Shown piece after piece: positions 9,741-19,048 of a stretch of 64,000 nucleotides of DNA. Position 1 is the first letter of the stretch. Each line of letters starts with the position of its first letter. The stretch is from positions 2,423 to 66,422 of the forward strand of contig JASFZG010000016.1 of the NCBI GenBank assembly GCA_046055745.1, written 5' to 3'. Below the pieces are notes generated by a model. The model saw only the letters and a program-made list of their open reading frames with translations. It was not told the DNA's origin and made no database searches. The stretch comes from Flavobacteriaceae bacterium (GTDB lineage: Bacteria > Bacteroidota > Bacteroidia > Flavobacteriales > Flavobacteriaceae). The position numbers and the translations under genes are program-made.

Positions 9741-10517
9741 ATGATGCCAAATGTAATTTTCTTTGAAACAGTATTAAAGACAAATGTTGTAATGCTGAAA
9801 AATCCTTCTAAAAGGAAACTTTTTTATCCTCCTTCAAATAAATCTAAAGCAGGAAAAGTTAGAAAAATAGAGCCTATAATGTATTCTAAAGAGTACGATA
9901 CTATTATCGTAAAAGAATTAAAAGAAATTGATGCTGACGTAAAACCAACATCTTTATCTACAAGAAAAGGGCAGTTTAGAGTACAAGAAGATGATATTTA
10001 TTTATTAGAATATCTTAGAGGTTCTGAGCAAAATGTCGCTAATGGCGGTAAAATGTTTAGAGAAGTAGATGTTCAAAAAGAAGAAGCTTTCCAATTAGAC
10101 GGATATGCTGCGTATGATAAAGCAATTTACGCTGTAATGAATGCAGATAACGAACAAGCAAAATCTCTTGCTATGACGTTTATCTCTCCTACGGCTGTAA
10201 ATAAATCAGTTCAGAAGATTAAACTTGAACTTAGAAGAATGTTAGGATCATCAGACGACCTTGTTACGAAAGTAAATAATTATTTAGACGCTAATATTGC
10301 GGAAGAAAGATTATTAATTGCAACAGCAATGGACGAAAACATATTTTCGTTAGTTGGAGGAAGAAAATTTACTTGGGAACAAACTAAAGAAGTTTTCTTT
10401 GTGGCATCACAATCAGCTATTGCATCAGACGAATTAGCTTTATGGCTTAAAAATGATGATGAAGGAAGACAATATTTAAAATCTATTACTGAAAAAGTAG
10501 CAGAAGTAAAAAAGTAG
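9741..10517 (+). CDS. conserved protein following the capsid gene in crAss-related phages
   Basis: Position after the capsid gene; own promoter TACCTTTG 9704-9711. Confidence 0.5.
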   Translation: MMPNVIFFETVLKTNVVMLKNPSKRKLFYPPSNKSKAGKVRKIEPIMYSKEYDTIIVKELKEIDADVKPTSLSTRKGQFRVQEDDIYLLEYLRGSEQNVANGGKMFREVDVQKEEAFQLDGYAAYDKAIYAVMNADNEQAKSLAMTFISPTAVNKSVQKIKLELRRMLGSSDDLVTKVNNYLDANIAEERLLIATAMDENIFSLVGGRKFTWEQTKEVFFVASQSAIASDELALWLKNDDEGRQYLKSITEKVAEVKK

Positions 10518-10535
10518 TAATCAAAATCATAAATT

Positions 10536-11024
10536 ATGAATACAGAACTAACAAAAGAACTTAATTCTTTATCGAGAAAAGATTTAGATAAACGAGCTAC
10601 CGAAGAATATGGTATTGTTGACGCTAATAAACTTCAAAATAAAGCTTCTGTAATAGAAGCTATTATTGATATTGAAATCAATAAACAAAAAGACTTCGCT
10701 AAAGAAAAAACCGAAGAAAACTCTTCTAAACAAAGCGATAAAAAACCAATAGAAGGACAAGACGAACCAAAAAAAGAGACTGAACACCCCACATACGTAA
10801 GTATTAAAAAGGTTAAGGCTGTGAAAATTGGAACAGTTCAAAGGCAAAGTAATGGCACGGCAATTATCACACCTGCTAAAAAGAAACATTTGCCATTTAC
10901 TGTTCCTGCTGCATATATGCGTAAATTTAATGCTAGAGGTGGAGGTTATTTCTTAACGTATGAAGATGGAACACAAGCGTATCAATCTGATGAATTATTT
11001 AAGTCGGGCTACAAAAAAGCATAA
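10536..11024 (+). CDS. HeH/Rho-N-like domain fused to a GGYxxxYEDG domain
   Basis: LNSLSRKDLDKRATEEYGI...KASVIEAI, then YVSIKKVKA...GGYFLTYEDGTQAYQSDELFKSGY. Confidence 0.5.
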   Translation: MNTELTKELNSLSRKDLDKRATEEYGIVDANKLQNKASVIEAIIDIEINKQKDFAKEKTEENSSKQSDKKPIEGQDEPKKETEHPTYVSIKKVKAVKIGTVQRQSNGTAIITPAKKKHLPFTVPAAYMRKFNARGGGYFLTYEDGTQAYQSDELFKSGYKKA

Positions 11025-11052
11025 GTAGTTACTCTTAATCAATATCCACACG

Positions 11053-11083
11053 AAAAGCATCTAATTCACTTTAGATGCTTTTT
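11053..11083 (+). terminator. Rho-independent terminator
   Basis: AAAAGCATCTAA/TTAGATGCTTTTT. Confidence 0.75.
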
Positions 11084-11146
11084 GCATTACCATTAATTAA
11101 AGTAGGTTTTTTAAATTAATAGTATATTTGAAGTAAATTACATCAA

Positions 11147-11863
11147 ATGTTAGATAGTGTATATCAGACCGTACAAGCTTTAATGAATAAGGAACAACTG
11201 GGTTATTTAAAACCTATGTCCTTTAATTTATTTGCTAATAATGCTCAAAGACTAGAATACAATCAGCTATTTGTTGACTTAAAACTTAACGAAAGAAAAC
11301 AAAATTGGCATCTTGACGAGAAAGATATGGCTAATCTTGCGGAGCATTCAAGACAATTATTAGAACACTTATCGGAAGTTGAGGTTATCCTAGGTTATCC
11401 TAGTATATATCCTTACCCATCATATACAATACCTAGTTATGTAGAGTTTATAGAAAATGTATTTACAACAGATTCAATAGGAAAGCAGATTACAAAAGTT
11501 CCGTATTCTGATTTTAAAAATCTTCAAAGGAACATTTATGCAGCACCTACAGATTGCAGTCCTTTATGTGCTAAAGTCGGATTAGAACTAAAAGTAAGTC
11601 CTAAAACTATTACAGAAATAGAAATGCACTATTTAAGAAAGCCTAAAACTGTAAAATGGACATTTGTTGAAGATGCAGAAGGCAAGCCTTTTTATGACCC
11701 TACACAACCTGATTTTCAAGATTTTGATTTACCAAAAACATCAAAAGACAGGCTTATAGATTTTATCGCAAAAATGGCTGGAGTTTCAATAAGAGATAAT
11801 ACTGTTATTCAAACAGCAACCCAACAACAAGCACAAGACGCTCAACTAGACAATCGACAATAA
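11147..11863 (+). CDS. tail ring / head-tail adaptor protein
   Basis: VYQTVQALMNKEQLGY...FNLFA..AQ and HYLRKPKTVKW patterns of crAss-related ring proteins; promoter at 11123-11130. Confidence 0.6.
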   Translation: MLDSVYQTVQALMNKEQLGYLKPMSFNLFANNAQRLEYNQLFVDLKLNERKQNWHLDEKDMANLAEHSRQLLEHLSEVEVILGYPSIYPYPSYTIPSYVEFIENVFTTDSIGKQITKVPYSDFKNLQRNIYAAPTDCSPLCAKVGLELKVSPKTITEIEMHYLRKPKTVKWTFVEDAEGKPFYDPTQPDFQDFDLPKTSKDRLIDFIAKMAGVSIRDNTVIQTATQQQAQDAQLDNRQ

Positions 11864-11868
11864 TAATT

Positions 11869-12717
11869 ATGGCAATAACAACACCAATATACGACCCTAA
11901 TTCAGACCAATACTATTACGAGAACAAAGAGCAATGGGGTAATAGTATGCACATAACTCTTGAAAACGTTATAGATAATATTATAGCGACAAAAGGGAAT
12001 GATTCATATTTCAAACACATTAGCCGTCCTGCTGCTTCTATTTTTGGCAAACAAGGAATGAAGCGATTGAATGTTGATTTAATCAATAAAGATAAAGCTA
12101 TTGCTATTCAATTATCTCCAAACAGAACATTTCCATATCCAAGATATATGACTAATTGGAGACGAGTTTCTGTATTAAATAAATGTGAAAAATTAACGGT
12201 ATTAAATATAAATAACAGACCTGAAATTCGAGATTATCTTCAAGATAATGAATGGGGGCTTTTATATGATTCTGATGGAAATGTATTAGAAGCAAGTTCC
12301 TTTAATGCAGAAGTTGGAGAATGTTATCAATACGAGTGTGTTCAAATTATTGACGACTGTACGGACGATAAATTTAAAAACAGTTGGGTAAAGGATAATA
12401 AAAAAGGGAGTTATTTTGAATTTAGCGAAGAACTCGTTGACGAAATTATCGTTATAGAATTTGAAACAGCAGGTTTAGAAGGAATAGCTGATTGTGATGT
12501 TAAAATACCAAATATTTTAGAATTAACGATTGAAAATTGGATTAGATGCCAACTGCTAAAAGGTAAAAGAAATATACCTAATAGCGAGTGGAAAACATAT
12601 TATGAGCTATATAAATTAGAAAAAGCAAGAGCTAGACCTCACTTAGCGAACAAAATAACATTTCAACAGATTTTAAAATCAATTAGTTTACGTTATAATC
12701 AAGCAAAACTTTATTAA
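11869..12717 (+). CDS. tail tubular/ring protein
   Basis: Position between ring and muzzle genes; FEFSEEL.DEIIVIEF motif. Confidence 0.55.
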   Translation: MAITTPIYDPNSDQYYYENKEQWGNSMHITLENVIDNIIATKGNDSYFKHISRPAASIFGKQGMKRLNVDLINKDKAIAIQLSPNRTFPYPRYMTNWRRVSVLNKCEKLTVLNINNRPEIRDYLQDNEWGLLYDSDGNVLEASSFNAEVGECYQYECVQIIDDCTDDKFKNSWVKDNKKGSYFEFSEELVDEIIVIEFETAGLEGIADCDVKIPNILELTIENWIRCQLLKGKRNIPNSEWKTYYELYKLEKARARPHLANKITFQQILKSISLRYNQAKLY

Positions 12718-12763
12718 AATGCCCGTAATACAAGCGTTTACCCTACTAATAAATAATTTCTTA

Positions 12764-13411
12764 TTAAGTAACAAACTGCCACTTATATCCTCCTGCTGAA
12801 CTGCGTGTGAACCAATAGCCGTTACTGTCTTTCTTTCGTCCACCTAAAGCGACTTTTGAAATACTTGTGTTATGTATTCCTAATTGTCTTGATGCCTCCA
12901 TTGTGGAGTGAAACACAACAACCTCACCTGTTTTAAGATGTGTGCCAATAACTGCTTTAGAACGCTTATTGTTCACTCCATTTTTCCTATCTTGATGTCC
13001 TTTATCTTTATTTTCCTGCCAAGTTTTTAATTCTAAACGAGTTAAACAATAACTTTTGTAGTCGTTGGTTCTGTCGCAAGATGGAATTAAATCTTTTTTA
13101 TATCCCGATTTTACCCAATTATCCCATAATTCTTGAAAATTAGGTTGAGATTTAATCCAAATTGCTAATTCTTTTTTAGTGTAGTTTGGAGGGTTATGTC
13201 TTCGTTTTTTTGAACTTGATTTTTGAGAACTATATATATCAGTTATAAGTCCGCCAAAAGTTTTAAGGTACGCAATATTATATTCTTTTACACAAGACTT
13301 GCATTTATCCGACAATCCTTCTTTTCTGATTTTATCCTTACTAAATTCAGAATTTAATTTTTTGATATTACATTTTCTGCATATCTTTGTCGGAGAGTCT
13401 AAATTATTCAT
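12764..13411 (-). CDS. free-standing homing-endonuclease-like protein (Zn finger, HNH-like core, NUMOD1)
   Basis: CRKC...CKSC; PSCDR...Y...RL...TW.EN; FHSTMEASRQLGI...SAGGYKWQF. Confidence 0.75.
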   Translation of the reverse strand: MNNLDSPTKICRKCNIKKLNSEFSKDKIRKEGLSDKCKSCVKEYNIAYLKTFGGLITDIYSSQKSSSKKRRHNPPNYTKKELAIWIKSQPNFQELWDNWVKSGYKKDLIPSCDRTNDYKSYCLTRLELKTWQENKDKGHQDRKNGVNNKRSKAVIGTHLKTGEVVVFHSTMEASRQLGIHNTSISKVALGGRKKDSNGYWFTRSSAGGYKWQFVT

Positions 13412-13545
13412 TGTAATTAAGATTTTAGAAACGTTATTTAGCTAGATACTAAATAGCGTTTTGTTATTTATAGCAAGGTAGTGAATTACTTATAAACTAT
13501 CTTCAAAGAGATAAAATATATTACATTTGAATAAATAATTTCAAT

Positions 13546-16500
13546 ATGCCCGTAATCAAAAATATATTTCTAAAGTCTATCATGGATAAAGAGTCAGATC
13601 CTTCGTACATTAAAAACGGAAACACACGCCATAATGAGAATGTTCGTTTTGGCACAAATGGCGGTAATGATGGCGTAGGAGTGAATATAAGAGGAACACT
13701 TCAAGTTGCAGATTTAACCGACGGCAATTCTGACTTTAAATGTATTGGGGCAAAATATAATGAGAGCGACAATACTATTTATTATTTATTAGCTACTACA
13801 GACGGTGTTGTTAGTAAAGTTGCTGAATATAGACTTGATGATAATGACGGAAGCGTAATACTTCACGACACTACAAGTATTTTAAAGTTAAATAAAGGAG
13901 GGTATATTACCGGTATTAATGAAATTGATGGCTTATTGTTTTTTAGCGAATGGGGAAACAACCCACGAAGAATAAATATCGAAAGAGCAAAAGGCTACGG
14001 ATTAAATGGATATACCGAAAAGGATATTCAGGTTGCCGTAATTCCGCCACATAAACCACTAACAACTACATTAATTTATGCCGACCCATTATTAGACGAA
14101 AAAAATAACTTAGAAGAAAAAATGTTGTCTTTTTCGTACAGATGGAGATATTTAGATGGAGAATACAGCATATTAGCACCGTTTACGCCATTCCAATTTG
14201 AGCCTTTAGATTTTGAATATGACTACGCAGAGCAGTCTAATATTTCAATGGTAAATAAAATAAAATCCGTTGTTCTAAAATTTGACATAGGAAACAAAAG
14301 AGTAACCGAAATACAATTAGTTTTTAAAGAAAGTGGAAGTAATGACGAATGGATTATTGATGATTTTAATAAAGAAAAATTAGGTTGGAATGATGGACTT
14401 CCAAAAGAATATACTTTTGATGACAGTAAAGTCCATAGAGCATTAAGCAGTCACGTAATAAGAAACTACTCAAATGCAGTTCCTTTAACAAATAAAGCTC
14501 AAACTATTATCAATAATAGAATACTTTACGCACATTATAAAGAGAACTATAATCTTGTAGATGAAGCAGGAGTTGAAATAGAAATTGATTATGCGTTAGA
14601 ATTAATTTCAGTTCCCAATTATACAGTTTCAGAAGAAAGCGAGATAATACCAACATTAATACCAAAACAAACAGCTAAATCTAATAGAGATTATGAAGTT
14701 GGAGTTGTTTACTTAGACGACCCTTGTCGATCAACAACAGTACTAAAATCTAAAACTAATACGATATTTGTAGAAAGCAAGTTAAATTCACACGAAAATT
14801 ATTTTAACGTCATTTTATCGCATAACCCTCCGAAATTTGCTAAATATTTCAGGTTTTTCATAAAGCAAACAAAAAAAGGTTACGACCAATTATTACCTAC
14901 ATTCTTTTATGAAGATGGGGTATATCGTTGGATTAAACTAGAAGGTGCTGATAGAGACAAAATTAAAGAAGGTGATTATTTAATTGTAAAATCAGACACA
15001 AGAGGCTTTAAACAAAAACTTGTTAAAACTAAAGTTTTAGAGATAACTCAGCAAGAAAAAAACTTTCTACAACCAATTTCAGTTAATGATTCAATAAAAG
15101 AAATCGCAGGTTTATATTTTAAAATAAAGCCTGATGGATTTCATATTGATAGAAATGATTATAATATTTTCAATCAACTTATTTTTTCAAAATCAAATAC
15201 AAATAATGGAGCAGGAACAGTATTATGCCCTAATAGTACTGTTGGTGTAAAGCATTTTTATGGAGATGGCTTAGATGATTTGTTCTCTAGCGGAACATTT
15301 ACGGGAGCTACTGACGACAAAAGAAGATTCTCAATAACAATAGACTCAGTAGGAACGCCTGATAAGTTTTCTTGGAACAATGGCGTTGGAGCTAGTGGCA
15401 CTAATGAAGATATAATAGCAGGAGTTCCATTTTTATTAAGCGATGGCGTATCTATAACTTTCACGGCAGATACAGGACACACTATTGGAGACGAATGGAA
15501 TATAAACGCAAGAGCAGGTATATCCAATGATTCATTTAAAGCTTGGGCATTATTCAGAGTAACTGATATTAATGTTTATGACGCAGATAAAATATTTATA
15601 GGAGATATAATTCGTTTAGAATATGACGAGTTTAACGATGAAAACCATTTTTTTGAAATATTACATACATCAAACGGAAATTATGATAATATAGAAGAGT
15701 GGTTTTATAAAGAAAATATATTTAACGAGATTCAGGCACAAGCACCCGAAATAGGTCTTTCTTGGATTTGGTTTGCAAGAGGTAGTATTATTCAGGGTGG
15801 TTTTTTTGGTTCTGAATTTAGCCAAGTTGGCACTAATGGCTCTACACAAACCACCATGACAATGATAATTAAGTCGCAAGGAACTCAAAATAACCAAACA
15901 GCAAAGAGCGTGTTTATAGAGGCAACAAGTGAAGTTTTAAGTCAAGATGGGCAAAATATAATTGTTTTAGAAACAGAACCTAAAAACCAACCTCCCGAAA
16001 TATATCACGAAATAGGAAAAACATACGATATTGTAAATGGACTTCATATTTCAGATAATCCAAATATTTCATCAGACCAAGACCAAACAGCAAATAACCC
16101 TTTAAAAGTCAAATTAGATTGGTTTAATGCTTGGTGCTATGGAAACGCAGTAGAAAGCTATAAAATTAAAGATGAATTTAATAGAAAAGGCTTAGATGTT
16201 GGAATAAGAGCCTTGACAACGCAAACAGAAAAATACAAGGAAGTAATTAGAAAAGCAGACATTACTTGGAGTGATGTATATGAAGAAGAAAATAGTTTTA
16301 ATGGGCTAGGAACATTTAATTTATCTTTAATTAATTTTATTAAGCTCGATCAAGAAGACGGAACAATACAATTACTCCATAATTCAAACGGTAATTTGAT
16401 GGTTTTTCAAGAAGATGCAATCGGATTAATGCCCTATAATAAGAATGTTATTTACGATACCAAAGGAGGAAATTTTGTTGGAGTTTCTACAAATGTCCTC

Positions 16501-17502
16501 GACGCAAAAAGCTACCAAGCTTATGCACAAGGAAGGTATGGAACAAGACACCCCGAAAGTTTTGTAGCAAGAGGAAACAGAAAATACGTAATTGACCAAC
16601 AAAGAGGAAAGTTATTACGAATATCTACCGACGGTGCAACACCAGTTAGTGATAATTTGTTTGAACACTACATGTCTTTACTAATGGCTGCCAATAGCAA
16701 CGAGTTTATGATTGGCGGTTACGACCCTAAGCACGGAGAATATTTATTCAATGTACCAAATACTTCCGGAATTGAAGAGTTACAGACAGGAGCAGACAAT
16801 ACTTCTACGTATTCATTTAAAGAAAAAGCACTAGGATTCCCATTAGTTTACACTTTTCAGGCTGATTTTATGCTCGAAGCTAACAACGAATGCTATGCTT
16901 GGAAAAACGGAGTTATGTATAGACTAAACGCTACCGAACAAAGAAATAATTTCTTTGGAAACCAATATTCAAGTGTTCTTAAATTTTTTGTAAACCAAGA
17001 ATTTAGTGTAGAAAAAATATTCAACAATATTAGTTTAGAAAGTACACACGCCTATTTAATAAAACTTAAAACAAATTTAACTTCAAGGACTATACAAAAA
17101 AACTTTTTTACAAAAATAGAAGATTATTTTTTTGCTGAGATAATGGGAAATACAAATAACAACTCACTATCTAACTCAACTTTCGGCTTAGGCTCTTATG
17201 CGATTGTGAATGGAGCGATAGAGACGACTTTAAAATATCCTTCTATGTCTATTGGCGACTATATTAAAAGTAATTCATTACCATTTACTCAAAGTAAAAT
17301 TATAAATATTACAGACACTCAAATAATTTTAGAAGATAACTTAAATGAAGTATCGTCATTCCTGTTTTATATTAAAAACCAAAATATTGATGGTGGTGAA
17401 ATTCGTGGGGACGTTTTAGAAGTAACCCTTATTTCAGACGAAACAGAGAAAACAGAAATAAGAAGTGTTAATTTCAATGTCACTAAATCGAATATATCGT
17501 AA
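13546..17502 (+). CDS. tail stabilisation/muzzle protein (P22 gp10 / T7 gp12 equivalent)
   Basis: 1318 aa; NPRRINI, FSYRWRYLDGEYS, RDYEVGVVYLD, YGNAVES, HPESF, GGYDP motifs typical of crAss-related stabilisation proteins; promoter TACATTTG 13522-13529. Confidence 0.75.
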   Translation: MPVIKNIFLKSIMDKESDPSYIKNGNTRHNENVRFGTNGGNDGVGVNIRGTLQVADLTDGNSDFKCIGAKYNESDNTIYYLLATTDGVVSKVAEYRLDDNDGSVILHDTTSILKLNKGGYITGINEIDGLLFFSEWGNNPRRINIERAKGYGLNGYTEKDIQVAVIPPHKPLTTTLIYADPLLDEKNNLEEKMLSFSYRWRYLDGEYSILAPFTPFQFEPLDFEYDYAEQSNISMVNKIKSVVLKFDIGNKRVTEIQLVFKESGSNDEWIIDDFNKEKLGWNDGLPKEYTFDDSKVHRALSSHVIRNYSNAVPLTNKAQTIINNRILYAHYKENYNLVDEAGVEIEIDYALELISVPNYTVSEESEIIPTLIPKQTAKSNRDYEVGVVYLDDPCRSTTVLKSKTNTIFVESKLNSHENYFNVILSHNPPKFAKYFRFFIKQTKKGYDQLLPTFFYEDGVYRWIKLEGADRDKIKEGDYLIVKSDTRGFKQKLVKTKVLEITQQEKNFLQPISVNDSIKEIAGLYFKIKPDGFHIDRNDYNIFNQLIFSKSNTNNGAGTVLCPNSTVGVKHFYGDGLDDLFSSGTFTGATDDKRRFSITIDSVGTPDKFSWNNGVGASGTNEDIIAGVPFLLSDGVSITFTADTGHTIGDEWNINARAGISNDSFKAWALFRVTDINVYDADKIFIGDIIRLEYDEFNDENHFFEILHTSNGNYDNIEEWFYKENIFNEIQAQAPEIGLSWIWFARGSIIQGGFFGSEFSQVGTNGSTQTTMTMIIKSQGTQNNQTAKSVFIEATSEVLSQDGQNIIVLETEPKNQPPEIYHEIGKTYDIVNGLHISDNPNISSDQDQTANNPLKVKLDWFNAWCYGNAVESYKIKDEFNRKGLDVGIRALTTQTEKYKEVIRKADITWSDVYEEENSFNGLGTFNLSLINFIKLDQEDGTIQLLHNSNGNLMVFQEDAIGLMPYNKNVIYDTKGGNFVGVSTNVLDAKSYQAYAQGRYGTRHPESFVARGNRKYVIDQQRGKLLRISTDGATPVSDNLFEHYMSLLMAANSNEFMIGGYDPKHGEYLFNVPNTSGIEELQTGADNTSTYSFKEKALGFPLVYTFQADFMLEANNECYAWKNGVMYRLNATEQRNNFFGNQYSSVLKFFVNQEFSVEKIFNNISLESTHAYLIKLKTNLTSRTIQKNFFTKIEDYFFAEIMGNTNNNSLSNSTFGLGSYAIVNGAIETTLKYPSMSIGDYIKSNSLPFTQSKIINITDTQIILEDNLNEVSSFLFYIKNQNIDGGEIRGDVLEVTLISDETEKTEIRSVNFNVTKSNIS

Positions 17503-17536
17503 TCTAAAGATATTTTGTAGATATGTGAAAATTTAG

Positions 17537-17805
17537 TATATTTGCAGTACAATTGCTCCAACAGCAGTAAAATATATAGAATTACCCTTTATTGAAAAGC
17601 TACGTTGGAGCAGCTAAGTAAATAAAGGTTTTTTTTATGGGGTGTTTTTAAATTGGTTGACCTCGTTAATAACCTCAACAACATATCTGAAAATAACTAA
17701 GTAGGATAATACAGTGAAAGCTCCAACAAAAATCTAGGCAATATCCCACAAACCGATAACCTAGTCATTTGCATATAGTATAATGCAAGGATAAGGTTTG
17801 TACGT
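17537..17805 (+). ncRNA. putative structured non-coding RNA or orphan leader
   Basis: Promoter TATATTTG 17537-17544, pseudoknot-terminator module, further hairpins, no long downstream ORF. Confidence 0.45.
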
Positions 17806-17822
17806 TTTAAAATTAAAAACAA

Positions 17823-18254
17823 TTAATTTTCGGGTGGTAATTTCTTGTAGAATTGTGATACTTTTTCATCTCCAATAACAAACCCAACACTTAATAAAGC
17901 ATCTTGAACAGGTTTTACAGGACTGGTTGTGAATAATAGAAAGTAATTATGCTCTCTAGCATATCTCTCAACCTCATTTATTAGAAATTCTAATGCTCCT
18001 TTTCTGTTTTTTTTAGGAGCTTCTAAATTTGAAGTCGGATAAGCCAACCACGACATTGCACTATCTGTTTGATAAAAGAATATACAGTATAAATCGTATT
18101 TATCATCACTAACTACAAATACATTTTGCGGTAAAATTGATAGTGGGATTAAGGGGTAAGATATTTTTTTACCTTCGTGTAAAATTTGATGATTATTCCA
18201 CCATTTAGATACGACATTATAGAAATCTTTTGTTTTTAATTGTCTAACTTTCAT
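17823..18254 (-). CDS. GNAT-family acetyltransferase-like protein (T7 gp13 position, inverted)
   Basis: RKGALEFLINEVERYARE...LLSVGF; lies between muzzle and ejection genes. Confidence 0.65.
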   Translation of the reverse strand: MKVRQLKTKDFYNVVSKWWNNHQILHEGKKISYPLIPLSILPQNVFVVSDDKYDLYCIFFYQTDSAMSWLAYPTSNLEAPKKNRKGALEFLINEVERYAREHNYFLLFTTSPVKPVQDALLSVGFVIGDEKVSQFYKKLPPEN

Positions 18255-18340
18255 AGCGTAAATATAACCAATTACTTTTAGACTTATTTTTTTAATAAAA
18301 AAACATTATTTTTGTTTTTATAACTTATAAATAATATATT

Positions 18341-19039
18341 ATGGCTCTAGTAGGTGGAATAGTAGCGGCTGGAACATCGATTTATTCAATAGCAGAATCA
18401 GAAAAACAAAAAGGAGAGGCAAAAGACGCTATAAACGCCTTTAACAGACAAGACCTTGTTAATCCGTTTGAAAGCATAAAGATTGATACTACAGCAGAAG
18501 ATTTAGCTTTAGACAAATCTTTATCAAGTCAAGCAACATCTGTTGAAGCATTACAAAGAGGTGGAACAAGAACAGTTTTAGGCGGAGTTCCAAAACTTCA
18601 AGAATCAAGTGTATTGCTAAACAACCAAATTTTAGCAAGTATTAATCAAAAAGCAGCAAAACGAGATTACGCTATTGCAAATGCAGAGTTAAGAAATACT
18701 GCGCTGCAAGAAAGAAGAGAAGAACAAGCATTACAAGGTTTAGGACAAGCATATCAAACAGCAAGACAAGATACCGTAACAGGTGTTACAAATGCACTTT
18801 CAGGAGGATTAGCCATAGCAAGCGCAATAAACCCTGAAACTGGTGGTGTTAATTTTGATGGAAGACCTCCTAGACAAGATAAGATAAATGATAGTTTATT
18901 TAATAAAGCCGATACAGTTCAAACAACAGATTTCTCTAATAGTATTTTTACAGAGACTAATCCGTTTGCAAACCCGAACTCAGATATTTTTGGACAACAA
19001 AATAATCCATTTTTAAGCTTTACTAATCCTGCTTTTTAA
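18341..19039 (+). CDS. ejection/pilot protein
   Basis: Hydrophobic Gly/Ala N-terminus and Gln/Ala coiled coil; position. Confidence 0.6.
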   Translation: MALVGGIVAAGTSIYSIAESEKQKGEAKDAINAFNRQDLVNPFESIKIDTTAEDLALDKSLSSQATSVEALQRGGTRTVLGGVPKLQESSVLLNNQILASINQKAAKRDYAIANAELRNTALQERREEQALQGLGQAYQTARQDTVTGVTNALSGGLAIASAINPETGGVNFDGRPPRQDKINDSLFNKADTVQTTDFSNSIFTETNPFANPNSDIFGQQNNPFLSFTNPAF

Positions 19040-19048
19040 TAATATACT

